64,000 nucleotides of DNA from NCBI RefSeq assembly GCF_009914755.1, contig NC_060937.1; one strand, 5' to 3'. The translations under genes and the position numbers were made by a program. This DNA comes from the human T2T-CHM13v2.0 reference genome, Homo sapiens. This document shows positions 30,111-43,383 of the stretch, piece by piece; the first letter of the stretch is position 1; every line of letters starts with the position of its first letter. The notes below the pieces were generated by a model that was given only the letters and a program-made list of their open reading frames with translations, did not search any database and was not told the DNA's origin.

Positions 30111-30308
30111 AAGACACTCCCAGAGAAACTGCAGTCATGAGAGGAGGATGTCTGAATCGCTGGGCTCCCCTGTAAATACACCCTTACACACTTGTGTACA
30201 CTCACACACCTGCTCTTCCATCTGAACAGCTGTTTCACCTGTTTTATATGTTAGAATTCATATGATTCATATTTAAAGTTTTTATGATGGAAAAAATTCT
30301 AAAACCAC

Positions 30309-30684
30309 TGCTCTCAGGCATTCCTGTCTGCCTAACAATTCTTTGTGTCTATCTCTGTCTATTCTCATTCAAGTTAATCCCCTACCAGTTCCCAGAAGCC
30401 TTCTGCCCTCCAATAGCAATGCACTCCATGCATCTCGCCAAACATGTCTGTGAATGAAGGACAGAAGGAATGCCTTGGTATACTCTTTCTTTTGCTTGGA
30501 TTCTCCTCCTCCTCCAAGAAAACATTCTCATTCTGAAAACTCATCTTGAGGACCTTCTGCTATTTGTAGCTCTCTCCAACGCCTTTCCTTGTCATTTGTA
30601 GGCACAGGTAGTCCCCGCACCCCACTTCTGAATGTCAGCATCCTCTGTGTGTATCTGTACTGTGGAATTCATCAGGGGTGTATA
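30309..30684 (+). repeat. Inverted duplication IR2, left arm (inside an L2 3' fragment ending ~30822)
   Basis: Reverse complement of 32041-32408. L2-like 3' end ...GAGTGAATAAATG follows in the spacer. Confidence 0.95.
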
Positions 30685-30849
30685 TTATTCATTACATTCC
30701 TGGTATCCCCAATAAAGCACAAATTATAAGATTTGGGACCCTGACTTAAGAAACATTATGCCCATAAGTCCTGGCACCATCATTCACACATAATAGGTAT
30801 GTGATAAAATGAGTGAATAAATGTTGCTCTGTGCATCTGTGTACATGGG

Positions 30850-31850
30850 GGTGGGTGGGCTTATATTTCTAGTTTTACCACAGGAACCCCAGATATTAGT
30901 TTTTAAAAATTAATCCTGCTTAAGGCTTCTTCTGATTTGCAAATCATCTGATGCATTTACTTTACCAGTTCGAAAAATTGTTGGCCATGATCCTTGTGAA
31001 TGTTCCCCCTTCTTCATTTTTTTCTTCCTTTCTTTTGAGATTCCTTTTAGAAACATGCTGTCCTTTCTGATTCTCTCTGCTCCTCTAATTTCTGTTTTAC
31101 ATTTTCCATTTCTGTATCACTCTGTGCTTCATTCCGGATAATTTCTGCAGTGCTTTCTTACACTTCATTCCTTTGTGAACGGTGATTAATGTGAAGTTTA
31201 ACTCATGCATTGCATTTTAATTTCAATGACTTTTGTTCACTTCTAAGAGTTCCACTTTGTTCTTTTTCAAATCTGTCTTTTTCTCAAATACTGTTTCTTG
31301 TTCTTTTCTCATATTTCTAGTTCTTTTTATATCCATAGTTGTTTTGTTAAAACCTGCTTATTACATAATCTATAAGCAATCATCGTATATGTGAAGTAAT
31401 TGAGCTTCTCCTACTGCTGCTTATTCTGCCTGCCGATGGTTGCTCAGTGAGATTATTTCTCCATGTTTTGTGGTTTGGGGTGTGACTTGGTATTCCTCAT
31501 TGGCTTGGCTGAGAAGGTCTTGTGTGGCCTAGGTCAAGGGTTAGCTCTCTAGAGATTGCTTTGGCATTGGTCAAGGCCTCCGGAGTGTTACCAACCAAGG
31601 ACTATTTTTATGTTAATTCCATAAATACATTCATTAAATTCCTTCATTAAAATGATCAGGTGACGTGTGCAGTCTATGTTGAAACCTCTCAAACCAAGAG
31701 AGGGCTGGCTGTGGCCATGATTTCTCCAGGGATAGACATTTATTTTCCCACCCAGTATCTACCCAAGATAAGTTTCCTTGTTGTCTGGCTGTGCATCTGT
31801 GGGCAGAGATTTCATGGTATACCTTCCCACTGAGATAGTGACTTTTTGAT
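30850..31850 (-). mobile_element. Ancient L1/HAL1-like ORF1-region fragment in the IR2 spacer
   Basis: T-rich degenerate motifs (TTTCAATGAC.TTT.TTCA.TTCTAAGAGTTCCA.TT.GTTCTTTTTCAAATCTG). Confidence 0.5.
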
Positions 31851-32040
31851 CGTCAGGCTTACATAGTTTCTAGGGCCAATAATGTGCCCCCTTTCCGCAC
31901 TGGTCCTTTGAAGCAGAACCTCTTGATTAATAAAATAAGCCAAAGTTCCCACAGACACTGAGAATCAGGTGGCAGTCTGTGGGGGGCCCATGGACTGTCC
32001 CTTACTTCCTGAGATGTCAGCTCTCCTTTTGAGCTGACAG

Positions 32041-32408
32041 TATCTACCCCATGATGAATTCCACGGTAGAGATACCCTTGGAGGATGTTGGCATTCAGAA
32101 GGTGGAGGATGTGCCTGCGAACGACAGAGAAAGGCATCAGGGGGAGCTACAAATAACAGAAGGTCCTCATGATGAATTTTCAGAATGAGAATGTTCTCTT
32201 GGTGGAGCAGGAAAATCCAAGCAAAAGAAAGAGTATACCAAGGCATTCCTTCTGTCTTTCATTCACTAACTGTGTGTGGCAAGATGCATGGAGTGCATTG
32301 CTATTGGAGGACAGAAGACTTCTGGGAATTGGTAGGAGATTAACTTCAATGAGAATAGACAGAGATAGAAATAAAGAATTGTTATGCAGACAGGAATGCC
32401 TGAGAGCA
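32041..32408 (-). repeat. Inverted duplication IR2, right arm
   Basis: For example, GCAAAAGAAAGAGTATACCAAGGCATTCCTTCTGTC is an exact reverse complement of 30460-30495. Confidence 0.95.
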
Positions 32409-32600
32409 TGCTTTCAGCTGATCTGATCCACATGGTCTCAGAAGTGGACTAAACAAGTTGTTCTTTCCTAATAATATATTTCCTACTTGAAGAAATGAAG
32501 AAGCTCTTTGTTTCTCTTCATTGTAAGTCCAGAGTATACAGTGGACTTAGGTTATTTTAAGATATATTAGATATCGATAATGTAAGATCGATTATTTGGA

Positions 32601-32633
32601 TGTGTGTGTGTGTGTGTGTGTATGTGTGTGTGT
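32601..32633. repeat. (TG)n microsatellite
   Basis: Seen directly. Confidence 0.9.
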
Positions 32634-32691
32634 ATGAGATTAAAAGCATCCCTGCAATAACCCCAGGAAATAGATCTTACTAAATTTTATT

Positions 32692-35600
32692 TTATTTTTA
32701 TTTTTCAACTTTTGTTTTAGATTTGTGGAGTACCTGTGCAGGTTTTTTTATCTGAGTATATTATGTGATGCTGAGGTTTGTGGTACGAATGATCCCTTTA
32801 CCCAGGTACTGAGCATAGTACGCAACAGTTATTTTTTCAGCTCTTTCCCCTATACCTTCCTCCCACCTCTGGTAGTCCCTAGTGTCTACCATTGCCATTT
32901 TTATTTCCATGAGCCCAGTGTTCAGTTCCCTCTTATAAGTAACAATGTGTGATATTTGCTTTTCTGTTTCTGACTTATTTCACTTAGGATAATGTCCTCC
33001 AGCTACATTCATGTTGCTGCAAAGGCCATGATTTCATTCTTTTTTATGGCTGTGTAGTATTCCATGGTGTATATGTACCACATTTTCTTTATTGAACTCA
33101 CTGTTGATGGGCACCTAGGTTGATTTCAGGTCTTTGCTATTGAGAATAATGCTGCAAAGAACATGTGAGTGCATGTGCCTTTTTGGTAGAATGATTTCTT
33201 TTCCTTTGGATAACAAAGGAAATGGTGTTATCAGTGGTGAATGGTGTTCTGAGTTTCTTGAGAACTCTCCAAACTGCTTTCCACAGTGGCTGAACTAATT
33301 TATATTCCCACCAACAGTGTATAAGCAAGCCCTTTTCTCCTCATCCTCACCAATGTCTATTGTTTTTTGACTTTTTAATAATAGCCATTCTGATTGGTAT
33401 GAAATGGTAGCTAATTGAGATTTTCATTTACATTTCTCTGATGATTAATGATGAAAAGCATTTTTTCTTATGATTGTTGGCTGCTTGGGTGTCATCGTTT
33501 GTGAAGTGTCCGTTGATGTCTTTTGCTCATTTTTCACAGGGGTTATTTGTTTTTTGCTTGTTCAATTGTTTAAGTTCCTTATAGATTCTGAATATTAGAC
33601 TTTTGTCAAATGCATAGTTTGTAAATATATTCTTCCATTCTGTAGGTTGCCTGTTTACTCTGTTGATAGTTTTTTTCGTTGTTCAGAAGCTCTTTAGTTT
33701 AATAGGTCTCTCTCACTTGTCAGTTTTTGTTTTTGTTGCAGTTGCTTTTGAGGATTTAATCATAAATTCTATCTCAAGGTCCATGCCCAGAATGGCATTT
33801 CCTAGGTTTTCATCTAGGATTCTTATTGCTGCAGGTATTACATTTATGAATTACCAGGTATTATAAAATGAATCTTTAATTCATTTTCAGTTAATTTTTA
33901 TATATGGTGAAAGATAGGGGTCCATTGTAATTTTTCTGAATATGGCTAGATAGCTATCCCCACACTATTTATTGAATTGGGAGTCCTTTCTCCATTGTTT
34001 ACTTTTGCTGACTTTGTTGAGATTAGATGACGGTGGTTAAGTGGCTATATTTCTGGGCTCTCTATTCTGTTCCATTGGTCTATGTGTCTGTTTTTGTACC
34101 AGTACCATCATGTTTGGGTTACTCTAGCCTTAGAGTATAGTATGAACTTGGGTAATGTGATGCTTCTGGCTTTGTTCTTTTTGTTAGCATTGCTTTGGCT
34201 ATTCGTGCTCTTTTTTTGTTTCATATGAATTTTAAACAGTTTTTTCCAATTCTGTAAAAAGTGACATTGGTCGTTTAATAGGAATAGAATTGAATCTGTT
34301 GGTTGTTTGGGGCAGTATGGTCATATTAGTGATATTGATTCTTCTAATCCATGAGCATGGAATGTTTTCCCATTTGTTTGTGTCATCTGTAATTCCTTTT
34401 AGCAGTGTTTTGTAGTTACCCTTGGAGAGATCTTTCACCTCCTTGGTTATACATATTCCTAGGTATTTGCATGTGGCATTTGTAAAAGGGATTGCACTCT
34501 TGATTTGGCTCTCCGCTTGAACATTATTGGTGTATAGAAATGCTACAGATTTTTCTACATAACTTTCATATCCTGAAACTTTGCTAAAGTCTATCATTTA
34601 TCAGCTTCAGGAGCCTTTTGGTGGAGTCTTCAGGGTTTTCAAGGCATAGAATCAAATTGTCAATAAAGAGAGATAGTTTGACTTCTTCTTTTCCAACTTG
34701 AATGCCTTTTCTTTCTCTTCCCTGATTTCTCTGGCTATGACTTCTGGTACTATGAAGTCCTAGTGAATAGAAGTGTTGAGAGTCGGCATCATTGGCTTGT
34801 TCCAGTTCTCAACAGGAATGCTTCCAACTTTTGCCTGTTCAGTACGATGTTGGCTGTAGGTTTATCATAGATGGCTCTTATTATTTTGAAGTGTATTCCT
34901 TTGATGCCTAGTTTCTTGAGGGTTTTTTTTTTTATCATGAAGGGATGTTGGATTTTATCAGAAACTTTTTTTCACATCTATTGAGATGATTATGTAATTT
35001 TTGTTTTTAATTCTGTTTATGTGGTGAGCCACATTTATTGATTTGTGTATATTGAACCAAATTTTCATCCCAGGAATGAAGCTTATTTGATCATGGTGAC
35101 TTAACTTTTTGATGTACTATTGAATTTGTTTTGCTAGTATTTCGTTGAGATTTTTGTGTCTATGTTCATCAGGGATATTGGCTATAGTTTCCTTCCTTCC
35201 TTCCTTCCTTCCTTCCTTCCTTCCTTCCTTCCTTCCTTCCTTCCTTCTTTCCTTCCTTTCTCTCTCTTTCTCTTTCTTTCTTTCTAAAATTCTGTCTTTG
35301 CCAGCTTTTGTTATCAGGGTGCTGCTGACTTTGTAGAATGAATTAGAAAGAAGTCCTTCCTCACCAATTTTTTCTATAGTTTCATTAGAATTGATACCAG
35401 CTCTTCTTTGTATTTTGTATGGTAAAAATTTGCTGTGAATCAGTCTGGTCCAGAGCTTTTTTTGGTTGGTAGGTTTTTTATTATAGATTTAATTTCAGAA
35501 GTTGGTATTGGTCTGTTCAGTGTTTCAGTTTCTCCCTGATTCAATGTTGGGTGATTCTATGTTTCCAAGAATTTTTCTATTTCCTTTAGATTTTCTAGTT

Positions 35601-38600
35601 TGTGCACATAGAGCTATTTATAACAGTCTGTGAGGATCATTTGTATTTCTGTAGGAGTGGTTATAATGCCTTCTTTGTCCTTTTTTTACTGTTACTGATT
35701 TAAAATATATTTTATCTAATATAAGAATAGTGATCCCTGCTTTTTGTTTTGTTTTGCTTTATTTTCCATTTGCCTGGTAGATCTTTCTCCCACCCTTTAC
35801 TTTGATTCTATAGCTGTTGTTACATGTGAGGTGGATCTCTTAAAGACAGTAGTTGGATGGGTCTTCTGTTTTTATACAACTTGCCACTCTGTGCCTTTTA
35901 AATTCTTACATTTAAGAGTGTAAATTGTGTTTAGACTATTTACATTCAAGGTTAATATTGATATGTGAGGTTTTAATCCTGTCATGAAGCTGTTAGCTCT
36001 ATGCTTTGCCATTTCTATTGTGTTCTTGCTTTATAGTGTCTGTGTACTATGTACTTAAGTGTGTTTTTTTGGTATCAGGTATTGTTCTTTTGTCTGCATG
36101 TTTAGAACTCCCTTAAGGGTCTCTTATAAGGCTGGCCTATGTGTAATGAATTCCCTTAATGCTTGCTTGCCTGGAAAATATTTTATTTCCCCTTTGCTAA
36201 TGAAGCTTAATTGAGCAGGATACGAAATTTTTGGTTGGAATTTCTTTTCTTTAAAAATACTGAAAACAGACCCCCAATTTTTCCTGGCTTGTAAAGTTTC
36301 TGCTGAGAAGTCTGCCATTAGCCTGATGGGGTTCCCCCTTTGTATATGATCTGCTTTTCTCTCTCTCTCTCTCTCTCTAGCTGGCTTTCAGATTTTTTTT
36401 TCTTTAGTATTGATTTTGGTTAGTCTGGTAACTATATACCTCGGTGTTGTTCATTTTATATAATATCTCACAGGTTTTCTCTAGATTTCTTGTATCTGGA
36501 TGTCCACCTCTCTAGCCAAATTAAGGAATTTTTCTTGAATTATTCCTTCAAATATATTTTTCGACTTGTTTACTTTATATTCTTTTCTTTCAGAAATGCC
36601 AGTAATTCATAGGTTTGGTTGGTTTACATAATCCCATATTTCTCAAAGGCGTTGCTCATTTTTTAAAATTCTTTTTTAATTTTTGCCAGCTGTGTTAGCT
36701 CAAAAGACTGGCTTTCAAGCTCTGAAATTATTCTGCTTGCTTCAATCTATTGATAAAGCTTTCAGTTGTATTTTGACTTTCCTTAAGTAAGCTTTTAAAT
36801 TTCAGAACCTCTGATACTCTGATTGATTTTAGAATCTCTGATTGATTTCTTTAAGATGTTTATCTCTTCTTTCATTTCCTTGATTGTTTTGGAACTTTCT
36901 TTGTGTTGATTTTCAACCTTGTCTTGGATCTCAATAAGCTTCCTTGCAATCCATGCTTTGAATGCTTTACCTGTCATTTCTGACTTTCCATTTTTGTTAG
37001 GGACCATTGATGGAGAGCTAATGCAATCCTTTGGTGGTGTCACTACATTCAGATTTGTTGTGGTAGCAGAATTATTGCAGTGGTTTCTTCTGATGTGGAG
37101 AAATTGGCACTTCTAATTTTTGTAATTATTTTTATGCATGTGTTTTTTTTCTTTCTTTCCCTATAATGTTGTTGTTGTTAATTATTATTATTATTATTGT
37201 GTTTTCTTTTCCTCTCCCTTTTCCCCCTCTCTAGGGGTGTGACTGTAGAGAATGTTGGGTACAGTATTTTGGCTTTGCCTGTGTACACCTATGTACTTTT
37301 TTTTGGCAGGTTTTATGCTGAACTTTGCAGTTCATCCTATAAGCCTGTAGCTGGTGCTTATAGCTAAGAGCTGTCTGAGGCCAACATTCATATATACTTG
37401 CTTATTGTTTGCTGGCTGAATCTCTCTGTTGCCTCAGGCACTGGGCTGATCCATGGAATGCACAGTGGTCTGAGCTCACTGCTCAGCCCTGGGGGTCAGG
37501 AGCCAGGAAGGGCTGGACTGGGCAGTTCCACCCACAGGTCCCCTCTTGGCAGGCACAAACCCCAATGCTAAGGGAGAATCCAGTGGATGGCCACCAAGCG
37601 CTCAGTGCCTAGAAATGGAGCTGGGAAACCACCTAGCCCCCAAGTTCTCTGCAGAGAGATGTGGGGGTGGCCTAACCTCCTACTCCAGGAGAGTGGGTGC
37701 TCCAGATGCCTGGAGATCTGCCTGGGCATGGAGCAGAGAGGGACCCCCTGCACGAAGTTCTCTGAACAGGCATTCTCCAGGCAAGCAGGTGCTGTGAATG
37801 CCTAAAGATCAGCCTAGGCATGGAGCAGAGAGGATCTCACTGCACCACCATCTATGTTCAGGTAAGGTGCGACAGCTCAGACTGCTGAACCAGGTGAATG
37901 AGTGTTCCAAATGTCCAGAGATCTGCCTGTGCATAGAGCAGAGAGAGCCTTGCTGCACCACAATCTCAGGGGAGTAGGCTGGTGAACCCATCAATGGCAC
38001 ACACAGATCAGATCCAGGTCACCAGGCTGGCCATGGCTGCAAGACTCACCGCTCAGGAGAAACTTCAGCTGTAGCAGCTCCCCTCTTGCCCCAGGCCTGT
38101 GGAGAGAGCACAAAGCATCTACTGCTGAGGTACTTTCACAGTTCTGGCTGTGGAGGCCTTTACCCCACTCCAGAGCAGGCTCTCCAATCTCAGGCCCAAG
38201 ACTAATATGCCTGCACAGCCACAGTGCAAGGTTGTTAAAGAATGGCTGCCTTTGTAGGTGCCTGGATTAAAAACGGCATCCTGTTCCCAGTCCTGGGTCT
38301 GGGGAATGTCTGAGTTTTTCCCAGCATCTTTTTCTCAGAGCATCTTTCCAAGCCTCTCCGCCAGGTAACTCCCCGAGTTAACTTCAGGGCTTGGGAAAAA
38401 CAAAGTGCTCTCCCTCTGCCAGGGTTGCTGGGGTCCCCGGGGGAAAGGGGAGTCACAGAGGGATATTTTCTGCCTCTCTCATGCACTGGGGCTTCGCTCA
38501 CTTTTATTAGTCACATGCCATCATTGAGGCTGTTTGCTGGTATCCTCCTCTCCAGGATTTGGGGTGTCTTCACAATTCTGCTAGATTCCTGTTTTCCTTA

Positions 38601-38710
38601 CTGAATTAAAATGGGGTTTTAATTGGGTTGATCCTTCTGTACTATCTTGCTATTTCCAGGTGGCTGAGGCACACTGAATGCCTCTAATGTGTCATCTTGG
38701 AAATAAAAAT
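32692..38710 (-). mobile_element. Old primate L1 (L1PB-like), both ends present, internally deleted, inactive
   Basis: 3' UTR at ~32700. ORF2 remnant (ORF 34232-34597) and ORF1 remnants (36124-36318, 36795-37043). GC-rich 5' UTR with three ~45-bp repeats; 5' end ...GTCATCTTGG at ~38700. TSD CTAAATTT(T/C)ATT at 32680 and 38711. (CCTT)n at ~35190-35250. Confidence 0.92.
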
Positions 38711-39494
38711 CTAAATTTCATTATAGCTAAATATTCTGATAGATTCTAACCACTTTTCTTCTTATTTGAGAATATTATTGGAGATAATAATAACAAAACA
38801 TATTCCTAATGTCTCTAATTCAGAGTTTTAGCTATTAAACAGATTAACACATTTATCAGAGAAAAGTACAGAAAACATCAATATCAATATAAGACACTGT
38901 GTGGTACTACCTATAGTGTTGTCATACTATCATACGTGATGCGTCATATATATAATATGTATATGTATATATACACACACACTTCATATCATATATTAGC
39001 TTTACTGTATCTGTGTGTGTGATATCTAAGTAGAGGAGAATTTGTCCTAGGCATGTTGCAGTATCTCACCTGGTTAAATATTTCTTGGTAAACAGAACAA
39101 CATGCAATAATGACTGATTATTTTTCTTAATTGTCTCTTACACCAAATACATTACCATGGTAAAATAATTCACATATTGTACCTGTAAACTCTTCCCATG
39201 AAATTTCTGCTTGCTGATAATCTTAGAAAAATAAAAATTTAAAGACACCCTAAACACAAAGAACAGCAGAGAACACTTAGGAGTAATTGAGAAGTTAAGG
39301 GGACAAGATTCAGATATCACATTGAGTAGCTCTTCAGTGAGCCCTGGGAGATAAGATAAAATTCCGGTATTTTGGCCTATGTTGCCCAATAGGATGCTTC
39401 CTATTTCTCATAAGGAAGATTATTTGTACTATGTTCTGCCAAATGTGGGCCACTTCCCTGTCACGCTTCTGTGACAGGGAACCTCCCTGGGTCC

Positions 39495-40154
39495 CCTGTT
39501 CTAATAACAATTGACTTGATCAGAAACTCTCTATGTGCATTCCAATTAGTAATGGAGTAAAATGTTAACAATTCTGCAAATGCACTTACTCCCATCAGCA
39601 CATTTTCTAAGGGGCTTTATGATCTTGGGAATTCTTCAAACATTATTAGCACAATCCCATGTCTAAGGGAAGTCCATTTAGAAGTAACACAGACGCTTAG
39701 AGTAAATGTGCTTGTAATAATAATTATATTATGTAATATGGAGAAAAATAGTCAAACAATAGGATTACTATTTGAAACAATGGATGAAGGATTAAAAAGC
39801 AAGTCTTTAATCACAGAAGAGTTAAATGAAGCACCAGCTGCACTGCCACAATCAACTATCAAATGCAGGCCTGTTAGCCTCTCTGGTATTCTCTGGAAGT
39901 GCAGAATTGTATATACTATACTGCAAATACAATTATATTTGTGCCAGTTAATCCACAAAATAGTTTACTGTATGTATGCATAATTAAATTAACTCTTAAG
40001 CATTTAAGAAAATTCAAAGTCAATTAAACAAAACAAAATTTGCTTTGAGTCAAGGAGTATAATGTGTCTGTAGTAACCAAAGCAGCAAAATATGTTAATT
40101 TTTAATTAATTTGAACTTTCATTGCTGCAGTGAGGTTTTCACACCAACAACAAA
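39495..40154 (+). repeat. Inverted duplication IR3, left arm (660 bp)
   Basis: Reverse complement of 40923-41583 with 13 substitutions and one 1-nt indel (hand count). Confidence 0.98.
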
Positions 40155-40233
40155 AACCAGTGAGCCACAGGCTGGAAACAAAAATGAGTGAGACACAGGC
40201 TGGAAACAAAAACGAGTGAGACACAGGCTGGAA
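40150..40233. repeat. 3 x 28-bp tandem repeat
   Basis: ACAAAAAY(C/G)AGTGAG(C/A)CACAGGCTGGAA at 40150, 40178 and 40206. Confidence 0.92.
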
Positions 40234-40426
40234 AGGCTCAGCATGCCCCAGCTTCCCAGGGAGAAGCTGCTCTGGGCAAGGCCTTCTGTGCCTGATGAGT
40301 GGTTTTGGTAGAATCTGAAAGAGCATGAATCCATTTCCAGTAAGAAGCAGCCAGACAGGAGAGGTCACTGGGAGTCAGTTTCAGGAGACAGATCGAGGGG
40401 ATGCTGACACTGACATTAGCCTTCTA

Positions 40427-40840
<414 letters not shown>

Positions 40841-40922
40841 CTATGGATGTCCATTTTCTCATTTGTTTTCTTAAAGAGTTTTCCTGAAACATTGATTCAA
40901 ACAAGAGAAATGCTCTTTCGTG

Positions 40923-41583
40923 TTTGTTGTTGGTGTGAAAACCTCACTGCAGCAATGAAAGTTCAAATTAATTAAAAATTAACATATTTTGCTGCTTTGG
41001 TTACTACAGACACATTATACTCCTTGACTCAAAGCAAATTTTGTTTTGTTTAATTGACTTTGAATTTTCTTAAATGCCTAAGAGTTAATTTAATTATGCA
41101 TACATACAGTAAACTATTTTGTGGATTAATTGGCACAAATATAATTGTATTTGCAGTATAGTATATACAATTCTGCACTTCCAGAGAATACCAGAGAGGC
41201 TAACAGGCCTGCATTTGATAGTTGATTGTGACAGTGCAGCTGGTGCTTCATTTAACTCTTCTGTGATTAAAGACTTGCTTTTTAATCCTTCATCCATTGT
41301 TTCCAACAGCAATCCTATTGTTTGACTATTTTTTCTCCATATTACATAATATAATTATTATTACAAGCACATTTACTCTAAGCATCTGTGTTACTTCTAA
41401 ATGGACTTCCCTTAGACAAGGGATTGTGTTAATAATGTTTGAAGAATTCCCAAGATCATAAAGCCCCTTAGAAAATGTGCTGATGAGAGTAAGTGCATTT
41501 GCAGAATTGTTAACGTTTTACTCCATTACTAATTGGAATGCACACAGAGAGTTTCTGATCAAGTCAATTGTTTTTAGAACAGG
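40923..41583 (-). repeat. Inverted duplication IR3, right arm (661 bp)
   Basis: See the left arm; mirrored ORFs in the track (39708/41094 and 39752/41119) confirm the duplication. Confidence 0.98.
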
Positions 41584-42443
41584 CAGCAGCTTTCAGTGTT
41601 TAAAAAAAACTCATATTTTAAATATTAGTTTGCCTTCTCTGAATTAATAATTAAATGATCATTGATATTGTGCATATCACTATTCTGTATAATATATAAT
41701 AAAATGTGGTATATGTATATCTTACTGTAATTTCGTCTTTACAGATCTGTTCCCTTGGCTGATTTGTTTGATGTCTCTGGATAAGCACTGAGTCTCATTC
41801 CTCTTTTAATTCCCCAATAATCTCAGTTCTTGGCACGTGTAGAAACCCAGTATTTTTGTTTCCTTGACTGAGGACTTACTATCTTAAATCAGCAGTTTAT
41901 AATAACAAAACCACAAAACACTGTCTGTCACAAGTATACAATTTGTTCAAGTCGATCTTTATAAAGCTAATCTGCTTCCCCCAAGCAGCTTGGAGTACTA
42001 CAGCCATTACCTCTATTCTGGCAATTTCCAGTCTAAAATTTAACATCTTCTGTGAGTAACAGGAGGGTAGGAACCTTGCTTTATTCAGGTCTATGACTCC
42101 AGTAAGGAAGCATGATTAGTATCAAATTAAACATTTAAAAGGATATCAATTGGTGAATGAGAAACAGTTGAATTTGCCGTGATGATAAGAATGTCCATCT
42201 AACGAAAGAAATGAGTATTCTGGCCCAAAAGAGGAAAGGTATGAAACATTTCTGGAAGTACCCATTGCCCAAACATAAACACTGTATTTTTACCTGTCCA
42301 CACTAGGAAAATTAATTGGTGGTTGATAAACTGGTGCCTTTAACTTGCTGCTTTAACTACAAGAACATTGTTTACCAGGACCACATCCTTATTATATACA
42401 GTTGTTGCTGAAATGCAAAATGAGTTATGTAACATTTCATTAG

Positions 42444-43012
<569 letters not shown>

Positions 43013-43318
43013 TGATTCCAGTTAGTGGTGATTTCAGTTTCCGCAGGAAGAGATGTCCTCTCTGAAAATGGAACTTAGTGGGAAGTGAGAAGGACATTTA
43101 GAACAGTTGCGTTAGCAAATCAGCTGATCAGGGTTCCAGCCCCAAATAATCCGAACACAGCACAGCACATGAGGCTGAACTGTACTACAGGGTATTGTAC
43201 TTCTGACTCTGTCTCGTCTAGATTTCTTCTTTCTCTGCTGTGACCACATATAGAGTTAATGCTTTTGAGCAGTGCTTGTTGTAAGAACATTCTTCTGGGA
43301 GATAAAAAAAAAATAATA

Positions 43319-43383
43319 TTAGGTTAGAGCAAAAGCAATTGCAGTTTTTGTCATTACTTTTAATTACTTTTGTACCAACCTAA
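43319..43383. mobile_element. MADE1 (Hsmar1 MITE), internally deleted
   Basis: TA|TTAGGTTAGAGCAAAAG.AATTG...AATTACTTTTGTACCAACCTAA|TA; 65 bp versus the ~80-bp consensus. Confidence 0.85.

Noticed and set aside
32445-32459. 15-mer TGGACTAAACAAGTT repeated near 47486
   Set aside because: A match of this length is expected by chance in 64 kb; no extension.
34232-37043. ORFs similar to reverse transcriptase and ORF1p
   Set aside because: Broken remnants of the dead L1, not functional genes.
40150-40233. 28-bp repeats resembling a CRISPR array
   Set aside because: No spacers, head-to-tail tandem arrangement, eukaryotic intron, no cas genes.
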